64,000 nucleotides of DNA from Phoronis australis (lineage: Eukaryota > Animalia > Phoronida): assembly GCA_002633005.1 (NCBI GenBank), contig NMRA01000067.1, forward strand, positions 310,010-374,009, given 5' to 3'. The position numbers and the translations under genes are program-made. Positions 41,177 through 52,463 of this stretch are shown one piece after another; the stretch's first letter is position 1, and every line of letters starts with the position of its first letter. The notes below the pieces were generated by a model. It did no database searches and had not been told where the DNA came from. It saw nothing but the letters and a program-made list of their open reading frames with translations.

Positions 41177-43138
41177 AGCCTAGTTGCTTATTCAATATTT
41201 CCTCGCGCTTCATGCTGTTGCTGTCCATTTTTGCTTACTGCACCCAAGGGGGGGAGGGGCCCGGGCCCCCTTGGCCCCCCCCCTAAATCAAGAGCGAGGC
41301 CCCTAAATATGAGAATATCAATATTTTCAAAAAATCAGCCGGAAATGCGCAGCAATTGAGACAGTGTCAGGTCATCAACTTTGGCTCAAGTGCCATATAC
41401 AATTTCGAGGAAAAAATGAATCGTCTCCGTTATCCCTTTCCAGAGAAAGGCCTCTGGAAAACTATGGTTTTGCATTCGCACTGAAAATTGACTTATTGAA
41501 TTTAAAAATCCAGCAAATAAGTGACTCGGCCGCAAAAGCTGATCGCCGCGCTTTTCTCGATTTTTCAAATCGGATTACGTGCACGTCCCTGTTTTGCAGT
41601 GTTTCTTTTCTCGACTGTCCCCGCCCCCACGCCTATGTCGGTTGCCACGGTTAACCGGCCCCGACGCCTGAAATAATTTTTTTTGGGGGGAGGGGTGACG
41701 TCGGTGCCCCGCCCCCGGGCCCCCTGCTTCATGATTTCCTCAAACGGCCCTGTTAGTGTTAATGTAATTATAGTAGCGGTGTACAATGACTTATGTGAAG
41801 CCCTGGCGCATGAAGTGAAAATAATCTCATATTGGGATAGGCTTACAATTTTAATCCTTCAGCATATAGAAATTTTTTCCGCCGAGCGCCCGCCGGCCCG
41901 GCCGGCCCCGCGGCCACCCATGGCAGGAAAAATAAAATTTAAAACTGTAATTACGGATTGACTACACGGTATTAACAGATTGGAAATTCGTTATAATAAA
42001 TTCAAATTTTATTTTCTCATGGCACCAATGGGTCTTCGTAAAGGGTGTTTTGTGTTTATTTTTTCCTCAACTCGTAGTCACTGGCGCAACGTGACAGTGG
42101 CACATGAACGCCCTTGAACTTGACAAACGGAGGCCTCGTTTTCGATCTACTCCGACCAAGGTTGTNAGCCTAGTTGTTTATTCAATATTTCCTCGCGCTT
42201 CACGCTGTTGCTGTCCATTTTTCATTGCTTACTGCACCCAAGGGGGGGGGAGGGGCCCGGGCCCCCTTGGCCCCCCCTAAATCCGCCCATGCTTCAAGAG
42301 CGAGGCCCCTAAATATGAGAATATCAATATTTTCAAAACTTGAATCAGCCGGAAATGCGCACTGATTGAGACAGTGTCAGGTCATCAACTTTCCTCAAGT
42401 GATATACAATTTCGAGGAAAAAATGAATCGACAGTTGTCTCCGTTATCCCTTTCCAGAGAAAGGCCTCTGGAAAACTATGGTTTTGCATTCGCACTGAAA
42501 ATTGACTTATTGACTCTCCGCAAAAGCTGATCGCCGCGCTTCAGTTTTCTCAGTGGCGTCCCTGTTTTGCAGTGTTTCTTTTCTCGACTGTCCCCGCCCC
42601 CACGCCTATGTCGGTTGCCACGGTTAACCGGCCCCGACGCCTGAAATAAATTTTTTTGGGGGGAGGGGTGACGTCGGTGCCCCGCCCGGCCCCGGGCCCC
42701 TGCTTTTCATGATTTCCTACGGCCCTGTTGTTAGTGTAATTATAGTAGCGGTGTACAATGACTTATGTGAAGCCCTGGCGCATGAACTGAAAATAATCTC
42801 ATATTGGGGTAGGCTTACAATTTTAATCCTTCAGCATATAGAATTTTTTTCCGCCGAGCGCCCGCCGGCCCGGCCGGGGCCCACCACCCATGGCAGGAAA
42901 AATAAAATTTAAAACTGTAATTACGGATTGACTATACGGTATTAACAGATTGGAAATCCGTTATAATAAATTCAAATTTTATTTTTTTCATGGCACCAAT
43001 GGGTCTTCGTAAAGGGTGTTTTGTGTTTATTTTTTCATCAACTCGTAGTCACTGGCGCAGTAACGTGACAGTGGCACATGAACGCCCTTGAACTTGACAA
43101 ACGGAGGCCTCGTTTTCGATCTACTCCGACCAAGGTTG
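41177..43138. repeat. About 980 bp direct duplication around n at 42166; probable haplotype duplication
   Basis: 41177-42165 vs 42167-43138 are highly similar, with several short indels. Confidence 0.85.
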
Positions 43139-44453
43139 TACATCATTGTTGTAGGCCCACACAAATCTTTGGATCATTGATGGAAAACCCTAAGTGTTGT
43201 TGAGTTTGGTACGCTTTGTGAGTAGATAGGCTTACTAAGTATAGGCATAAGCAGATGCTTAAGAATTAAGTTGCTTCGATTTCTTGTAGATGTTATAAAA
43301 GCGTCCTCCGTTTAGCAGTTCCCTCGACGTGCTGCCGCCTCACGGCGTGCCTAGCAAGTGGTTAAGCATTAGTCTGATCTGCGGGCCAGCTTACTTGCTG
43401 CACGGTCCAGACTCGATTCCCGCCTGGAGGAATATATATATATTTATTTCTACATATTGTTGTATGTGATTTACCATGGGGAGGGGAATGAAAAAGACTC
43501 CAGTTCAGATAGACAATCAGTCAGTGACTCACCCTCTCGCCTCTCTGGTCCCAGTGCTAGTGGCAGAGACAAGCGCCCATAAGAGTATGGGAGCTTCAAA
43601 CACCGGAAGCTGGTGATTGTTTACAATATGACGACATTGACCTACTCACAGGATTTTCGTATCTTTCGATTCTGCTTATCGTTCTCATTCCAAAAATATA
43701 TGAATGCGTCCCCTACTGTGCTTCCTTGCTATTTTATCGTCGAATTTCTGTTTGGAATATTTCTCTGTTGACACCACCATGTTTGCTCAACACAACATTA
43801 CAGTGGTAGCTGTTGCTGATGAATAAAGTATAATTTATTGTGAATGATGTGTGCCTGCGAGATTCCCCCTAAAGTTTCCTTGACATAACATGGAGGAACG
43901 AGGGGCAGCATTTCACGCTTTTCCAAAATGTTTTTGCAACTGTGATCATTTGATCACTTTTCCTTGTAATTGTCTGAAGTGGTGCCCTTTTCACGAATTT
44001 GGACCTCAGGGGGATTCTTGCTAGCAGATGCGTACTAGTACTAGGGTCTCCATATGATTGAATTTGAACCCTTGGGACCTCGGGCGCAGGATTGACAGAT
44101 CTTGGACTGTTTGAACTTATGAAAAGCGACACTCTGCAGAATATAGGCTTCGGTAGATTAGTTCATTTTTTGACTGCCAGGTGACTCCTTCCATTCAACA
44201 TGGCAGTATTAATACCGGAAATGGTGCAAGCAGAAGGGTCAGATTCCACTCCCAAAGTGGTCCCTGGAACTAGAGGTCAAATGGGTGCTGGCGGGTACTT
44301 GTGTTAGGTCACTGTGTATTGAGTATTTTCGACACATGTGGAGTTATGGGTAGCGGGTGTGGCAATTGCACCGAGGATTTGGTTCTGTTGTTGGAACCAT
44401 TCCTACTCCTTGATGTTACTGCATGATTTTACTTGTAGGGTAAAAGAAACTTA

Positions 44454-44800
44454 ATGCCTGTGATGGACAAAGTAAAGCAAGAACGTCTTGAATTAGACAA
44501 CGAGGCCAATGCCCTGTCATGTGTTGTTACGACCTATGCTGGTGGTTCTAACCAAGTTCAAAGTTCACCGGAGATAATGGACAGCCCTAGCCTACCGTCA
44601 ACAAATAGTTCTTCTCGAAGAAAAAAACTCTACAAATGCACATTGTGTTCGTACACAACAAACAGGAAGTGGAATCTGTACGCTTGTCACATGAAGATGC
44701 ATTCTCGACCATTGAAAGGTTGTATGTACTGTGGCTTTCGCACAAAGCATATACTGAGCTTGAAAAAACACATGTTGAACAAGCATCCCAATGTTGACAC
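44454..44800 (+). other. Partial duplicate (probable allelic copy) of the 5' part of the zinc-finger exon, cut by n at 44801
   Basis: 44300-44800 matches 44802-45299; the translation is identical except for one extra Ser (TNSSSRR vs TNSSRR). Confidence 0.8.
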
Positions 44801-44955
44801 NTGTGTTAGGTCACTGTGTATTGAGTATTTTCGACACATGTGGAGTTATGGGTAGCGGGTGCGGCAATTGCACCGAGGATTTGGTTCTGTTGTTGGAACC
44901 ATTCCTACTCCTTGATGTCACTGCATGATTTTACTTGTAGGGTAAAAGAAACTTA

Positions 44956-45681
44956 ATGCCTGTGATGGACAAAGTAAAGCAAGAACGTCTTGAATTAGAC
45001 AACGAGGCCAATGCCCTGTCATGTGTTGTTACAACCTATGCTGGTGGTTCTAACCAAGTTCAAAGTTCACCGGAGATAATGGACAGCCCTAGCCTACCGT
45101 CAACAAATAGTTCTCGAAGAAAAAAACTCTACAAATGCACATTGTGTTCGTACACAACAAACAGGAAGTGGAATCTGTACGCGTGTCACATGAAGATGCA
45201 TTCACGACCATTGAAAGGTTGCATGTACTGTGGCTTTCGCACAAAGCATATACTGAGCTTGAAAAAACACATGTTGAACAAGCATCCCAATGTTGACACA
45301 AACTGTTTGGATGAACACACAGTGACCATGGCGAGTGATCCGACATATGTTTCAAATGAGAACACTAATTCCTCTAGTAGCTCGTCTGCGTCTAACAGCT
45401 GTGCCATGGTGTTCTCTGAACCACACCCTCTTGTTACCGCATTACCTGTGCGGGCTGTGAGCCCTCAAGAGGCAGGGATAGGAACGAGTTCTTCAATTTC
45501 GAAAGATGCCTGCCAGCGAAATAATTTCATGTGCAGCCATTGTGACATTGTTTACTTTGATCAAGCATTGTACTTCCTCCATATGGGACTGCATACACCC
45601 GGTGACCCCTGGAGGTGTCAAGTATGCTCCCAACTGTTCCATGACGTGTATGGGTTCACCTCCCATCTCATCAACCACTGA
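44956..45681 (+). CDS. Hunchback/Ikaros-like C2H2 zinc-finger protein (241 aa ORF; upstream exons possible)
   Basis: N-terminal fingers YKCTLCSYTTNRKWNLYACHMKMH and CMYCGFRTKHILSLKKHMLNKH. The C-terminal pair FMCSHCDIVYFDQALYFLHMGLHTPGDPWRCQVCSQLFHDVYGFTSHLINH matches the Hunchback/Ikaros dimerisation-finger pattern. Acceptor ttttacttgtag| at 44940 is in frame with the ATG. Confidence 0.8.
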   Translation: MPVMDKVKQERLELDNEANALSCVVTTYAGGSNQVQSSPEIMDSPSLPSTNSSRRKKLYKCTLCSYTTNRKWNLYACHMKMHSRPLKGCMYCGFRTKHILSLKKHMLNKHPNVDTNCLDEHTVTMASDPTYVSNENTNSSSSSSASNSCAMVFSEPHPLVTALPVRAVSPQEAGIGTSSSISKDACQRNNFMCSHCDIVYFDQALYFLHMGLHTPGDPWRCQVCSQLFHDVYGFTSHLINH

Positions 45682-45890
45682 CTGGTGTACCACATATACC
45701 GGCGGCTCCTTGAGGTGTCAAGTATGCTCTCAACTGTTCCATGACGTGTATGGGTTCACCTCCCATCCCATCAACCACTGACAGGTGTACCACATACACC
45801 GGTGACCTCTGGAGGTGTCTAGTATGCTTTCAACTGTTCTGTGACGTGTATCTGTTCACTTCCCATCTCATCAACTACTGACTGGTGCAC
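45593..45890 (+). repeat. 100-bp tandem triplication of the last zinc finger and stop codon
   Basis: The gaggtgtc(a/t)agtatgct...catc(t/c)catcaac(c/t)actgac unit recurs at 100-bp period (about 45612, 45712, 45812). Confidence 0.9.
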
Positions 45891-48578
45891 TGCTTGGAGA
45901 GCAGAAAATAGTTTCAAATGAAAAATAATGTCTTTACCACAGCACTATATAATATTAACAGTTAAACTGATCTGCTGGATTACCTTTTTCATACTATTTC
46001 ATTTTTAATTTTTAAACTTTTGTCAGAACTTCTTGTGAACTTTTGTATTGGCCTAGCCATACATGTGTAGTACAGACAAGTGGCTGTGGGTGATACGGTC
46101 TGTAAAAATATTCCTGAAAGTTTTTCCTCCTATGGATATTTTTATGCGTCTGTTTGGCCAACTGGCATAAAATAAGGGAGCTTTCACATATTACGTCATA
46201 CGAAATTTGTCACTGTTTAACCCCCTCCCTGTCCTGCCTCCGATTGCGTCATCGTAGTCTTCTCACCTGTTTAGGTAGTGATTGAGTGGGTCTGTTGTTT
46301 TTCTGTCTACCTTATGTGTTTATATTAATGTAAGCCTAGTGAAATATATTCAAATCTTGGAAGCGAGAAACAGTTAGTCCCAGTTTTGGAGTTAATCAGA
46401 TTCCCTATGATGTGCAGTACTATATAAGAGATGTTCTAGTAAACCACATGATGACGTCTCGAGTTTAACCACCCTCTCCCTTGTCATAAATAGTCATTTC
46501 CAAACCCTCCCCTTCAAAAGATGACGCAATATGTGACTGCTTCCTAATTCAAAGTACTCCAGTCTGTACAGGTCATGGAGCCCTATTGAGTTCTGGTGAA
46601 ATTGGCATTTGGCAGGCTCTGATGTTTCTTAAATTTTTCCAGTTGTGATCGGAATGACATAATGTTTTACCTTGTTACCTCAGTGCAATGTAAATGCTCA
46701 AATGTAAGATCGTTTTGCAATAGAATGATATTTAAATTGGTGATATTGGAATACCAGAGGCCTGTTTTTCGAAGGGTCTATAGCTAAAACTGATTTTTTG
46801 TCTTTTGGTGTTTAGTCTGCTCCCTTGTAGGCTACATATTTCTGTTGATTGGCCTAGAGTTTAACACCAGCTTTTGGCCTTGGCCTGATTTGGTGAAACA
46901 AGTTGAGCCCTCTGTAGACTGAGTATTCGAGGAGCAGCTCTCTGGCCTGACAGCAATTCAAATATCAATGGAAAGAGTTTTCCAGCTTGGGACAGTGGTC
47001 AGAACTTGTACCAAATTTTGAAAACAGGCATTAGTGACTGTCCCAAAATCAAGAATTACAATCAATGATAAACTATCTAACACACACACTTTTAGGACAC
47101 ATGAAAAGGTTATGTTATTTATTTTTGAAGATTTTACAAACTGGCGTGTCCTTTTTTCAGATTGTTTTGTTGATACAAAATTGNCTCCCATCCCATCAAC
47201 CACTGACAGGTGTACCACATACACCGGTGACCTCTGGAGGTGTCTAGTATGCTTTCAACTGTTCTGTGACGTGTATCGGTTCACTTCCCATCTCATCAAC
47301 TACTGACTGGTGCACTGCTTGGAGAGCAGAAAATAGTTTCAGATGAAAAATAATGTCTTTACCACAGCACTATATAATATTAACAGTTAAACTGATCTGC
47401 TGGATTACCTTTTTCATACTATTTCATTTGTAATTTTTAAACTTTTGTCAGAATTTCTTGTGAACTTTTGTATTGGCCTAGCCATACATGTGTAATACAG
47501 ACAAGTGGCTGTGGGTGGTACGGTCTGTAAAAATATTCCTGAAAGTTTTTCCTCCTATGGATATTTTTATGCGTCTGTTTGGCCAACTGGCATAAAATAA
47601 GTGAGCTTTCACATATTACGTCAAATACGAAATTTGTCACTGTTTAACCCCCTCCCTGTCTCTTCACCTGTTTAGGCAGTGATTGAGTGGGTCTGTTGTT
47701 TTTCTGTCTACCTTATGTGTTTATATTAATGTAAGCCTAGTGAAATATATTCAAATCTTGGAAGCGAGAAACAGTTAGTCCCAGTTTTGGAGTTAATCAG
47801 ATTCCCTATGATGTGCAGTACTATAGAGATGTTCTAGTAAACCACGTGATGATGTCTCGAGTTTAACCACCCTCTCCCGTGTCATAGTCATTTCCAAACC
47901 CCTCCCCTTCAGGAGATGACGCAATATGTGAATGCTTTCTAATTCAATAGCACTCCAGTCAGTATAGGTCATGGAGCCCTATTGGGTTCTAGTGAAATTG
48001 GCATTTGGCAGGCTCTGGTGTTTCTTAAATTTTTCCAGTTGTGATCGGAATGACATAATCTTTACCTTGTTACCTCAGTGCAATGTAAATGCTCAAATGT
48101 AAGATCGTTTTGCAATAGAATGATATTTGAATTGGTGATATTGGAATACCAGAGGCCTGTTTTTCGAAGGGTCTATAGCTAAAACTGATTTTTTGTCTTT
48201 TGGTGTTTAGTCTGCTCCCTTGTAGGTTACACATTTCTGTTGATTGGCCTAGAGTTTAACACAAGCTTTTGGCCTTGGCCTGATTTGGTGAAACAAGTTG
48301 AGCCCTCTGTAGACTGAGTATTCGAGGAGCAGCTCTCTGGCCTGACGGCAATTCAAATATCAATGGAAAGAGTTTTCCAGCTTGGGACAGTGGTCAGAAC
48401 TTGTACCAAATTTTGAAAACAGGCATTAGTGACTGTCCTAAAATCAAGAATTACGATCAATGATAAACTATCTAACACACACACTTTTAGGACACATGAA
48501 CAGGTTATGTTATTTATTTTTGAAGATTTTACAAACTGGCGTGTCCTTTTTTCAGATTGTTTTGTTGATACAAAATTG
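45759..48578. repeat. About 1.4 kb direct duplication around n at 47184; probable haplotype duplication
   Basis: 45759-47183 vs 47185-48578 are near-identical, with SNPs and indels. Confidence 0.85.
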
Positions 48579-51500
48579 CTGTGTCCGAAATTTGATGAAC
48601 ACCAAAATCGACTGTGCCCCAATCTTCAGAATCAAGAAAATTCAATTTCAGTTTGAATTTCCATGTCCCAAATATTCAGGGCTTGGAATTTTCCGCGGAA
48701 ACGCGGATTTCCGCTTTTTTGAAATGTGCTTTCCGCTTTTTTTATAATATTTCCGCGTAAAACAATCGGATTTGATATGAAATTTCCGCGGCAAATTCCT
48801 TTCTTACCACGCCGTTGCAGACGACGTTCACCTCGGAAAGCGGAAGTCTTTATGTTTCGGTGGAACGTAAATTGTCAACATTGCCGGGGCATCTGGGTAA
48901 AGTGTGGTCTGATTTTCAATGGCGGCTCGTGTTATTGTTAAGCGCGGCGACAAATACTACCGCTCTGCAGCCAAATTTGTGTGGGTTGGGAGTGGACGGG
49001 CGAGCGAAAAGGACACAGACGCATGCTACTGATGGCGGTANTAGTGCTCATAGTGTGCACTTGCACCTAGTGAAATATGAGACAAAGCAGTTTTATGTAG
49101 ACATTATTAGTCTTGATATATTTACATTACACTTGAACTAGGGAATTTAAATCTGTTATTTTGTACTAATGAATTTTACTGGAATCATCAAATACCGTAC
49201 AAAATCAAGCATCCTTGGCATATATATTCAACTTACCCAGTCACAACTCTTGATGAGTAAAGTAGTGTTGTTATATAATAGATATATTTATATATAAATA
49301 GAAGTTCCTTTATAAATATGTGGACTAGAGTATCTCTAGTTAGCAGACAATTCTGGGTTTCAGTCCCAGAAATCTTTTCAGACTTATGTGGTCAAAGGTG
49401 CTGTGCAGACCATACTTAAAAAAAATGTTTGTGTTCTATGAAATCCTTCAACAATAAAACCTATGTTATAAGAAATTATTTTAGTTAAAGTTAAAAAGGT
49501 AATTCTTTTGTTAAATTGCAAAGGATTGAGTTGCGCTCATGATACTTGATCGGTTGTATGACGGGAAATGAACTCTGCAGCCCAAGTCTCTGAACTAAAA
49601 GAGGACGCGTTCCATTAGTTGTGAGCGTCTTAAGACTTGTTTGAAAAGCAATCATCACTTCATGTTGAGTGCAATGTTTTGAAAATGGAGCATTGTGCAA
49701 AGTAACCTGTGCCAAATATGGTTTTTGTTTCTTGCTTTTTATTGGACATCTCAAAAATCCTGCTTTGACTTCCATTATCTCTGTGATTGACCAGCCATCA
49801 TAGAAGTTTGTTTAAAGTAACTTTAAAAAGGCTATAAACCTGCCTTCCATTCATTTTTTGGTCCACGTAACGCTGAAAAATTGGTCTCAAAATTTTCCTT
49901 AGTCAAAGCGAAGAGGATTTCAGGGTTTAGACTGAACTGCCAGTTTGTTTGAGAGACCAGGCTGTATGAGTTGGATGTACATGTTGATTTGTCAAAATGT
50001 GACGTTTCATGTGCCACGCATGGTCTTAAGGAATAACGGTCAGTTATTAACAAACTTACAAATCATTTCATGTCTTAGTATTGAACGAGTCTGTAAGGGG
50101 TCAAAATCAACTCTGGATGGAGCATTAGCTTATAGTCATTTTAATTAATCTTATTTCCTGTAAGAAATTGAAATGTATTATTTGTAGAAATAGCAACAAT
50201 TTAATTTAAAACAATTGGCAAACAACTGAATACCACTCTTTCAAATCTGGGCTTGTTGTGGCCTCCATCTTCATCAATAACTAGACATTTTTCTTCCATC
50301 ACAAAATGCATTTCGGTATTTCCTCTTCTGACAGTTGCTTTAACTATGAAGAGTCATTTCATCAACTCAATAACCAATTCCCTGATACTCTGTCTCATAC
50401 AATGACCCCACAAATCTTTAAAAAATGATCTTGTTTTCAGCCTTGGGAAATTCATACATTCAATCCATCCAGAAATACAAAGTCTTTTAAATTTACAATT
50501 TTATGGGAATTATACTTGCTGTTACCTCAAATTGCCCTATAATGTATCAAAATTGTTTTGGCAGCGAATTTGAATAGTAGTACTTGTGTAATATTTAATA
50601 AATCTTAGTGATCTTTTACACTTTGAAATGGATTGAGTTAAAAATTTTAAAGAAGCGCAATAGCTAAGAAATTCATTGTGAAACCTGAGGTTTCACTTAA
50701 TTAAAATCATCTGTGAACATCACCAGGTGTTTAAAGGTACTCACCTGTCACTACTTTTAGTTATAACCTTTTTGAAATAAAGCGAAACTTTTTGATGAAT
50801 TTCTTTGCAACTGTGGTTATTTTAACAGTACTTTGTCTAAAGACCAATGCCACTGACAAGATTCTGAATATTGGTTAATTAATAAAAGAGATACTGGAAG
50901 TAAAAAAGTGAGGCGTTTCTGAGACACCTGATATTTGTAAACTTCATGTTACTTCTGATAATCACCTTACAAGAGTAATATGTTCCCAGACCTTGCAACT
51001 GGGGAAGAGGTAAGCACCAATCCTTGTTTGCCTTTTTGTGCCAGTAATTTGTCGTTCATTATGAAATTAATAAATATCAATTATTTTCTCTGCTTGAAGT
51101 TGTATTCTACTGGTTCAACAATTCCTGATAAAAGATCAAAGTTTGTGTAGAAGCGTTTGTCATACCGTGGTACAACACATCTTCAATGCAAACCACTCCG
51201 CACTCACTGCACAAGTCTCAGTGACATTTACCCAAAATAAGAATTAGTTTCCTTCAGATATGGTTACCACCAATTTTATTAGTCACATACCTAACCAGTT
51301 GACAGTACATCGTGATGGAAATTTCTGGAAACATTGTTTTTACATATTCTTTGACTTCCTTAGCAAATGATTGTTAAGGGCGAGTGCAGACGAAGAGCTA
51401 CGCACTTCAAAAATGAAAATTATTTCACCTCATTGCTCATTTCTGTGTTTAGAATGAACTGTCTCACTTGTAGTTCATTTACCTGGTTAGCATAAATTTT

Positions 51501-52463
51501 CACAGCCTGAGGTGAGGTGAACTAAATACTTGGGCTGATTACCTTCGAGAGCCAATGAGAATTAATTACTGCATCACCTGACAACTACATATCTCTCATT
51601 GACTCATTCTAACTATGTGTACAACATTTACTGAGTTAACTAAAGGTCAGACGGCATTTTGCTCATCTGTGATTGCCTTGATGCAAAATGAATTTTGTAC
51701 TAGTGATAACTGATAACTCTTGACACTATTCTGACAAGAAACGATGCTTCAAAATGACTAGTTTGACTGCATATGTATCAAAATGTTAAGGAACACGTTT
51801 CCTGTCTTATCCATAGTACATACTGTTCTCTAGACTCGATATCAGTGACTTAAGACACTAGTTTCATAGCTTCAATATCTTCTACACATACATGTAACAA
51901 ATAGACATTGACTTGAAGCTATAGTGAAGTTTTTGCACTATAGAAGAGGAGCAATGAAACTAGTGAAAAGCCTACGGCACTAGATTCATGGAGCTTGCAT
52001 CATCCTTACCACCAATACTAATTCAGCTAAAAGCTATTCCACGTTCGACATTGGCCAATATTCTCCAATCCCACATTGCACACGATTCCTCTCATAACCT
52101 TGCTAGCAGTGTGGCAATGCGGGTTCAACGAAATTCCAAACTTTGAGAGAAAAATATCAAATAACCCGATGCATGATGCAGCTTGACCAAGCCTGGTCAA
52201 ACTCAGCTAAGTACCTTGAGAGTTACACATTTCACTGTAAATGAACCTTACTTATTGGCCTCATGAGATACGCCCACTTAGAGGCAACTCCACATAAGTG
52301 AAGCCTGAATGATCTGTGTGTTCTGGACTGCACACAGCACTGTCTGTGAAGACCACTAGGTGGCAGGCACATATGGATGTTTGCTTGACAGGTACATACA
52401 ATACCAACATCAGTTAATGTGGCCTTGAACCTCTTCATTAATTCATCATTTCTTCGACAAGAA

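Noticed and set aside
44300-48578. Apparent tandem duplication of the zinc-finger gene
   Set aside because: Both duplicated blocks end exactly at single-n scaffold joins (44801, 47184) and differ at an allelic level; most likely uncollapsed haplotypes.
48677-49040. Possible hAT-like transposon end (cagggcttggaattttccgcgg...)
   Set aside because: The other terminus is not visible (sequence is cut by n at 49041), so TIR and TSD cannot be confirmed.
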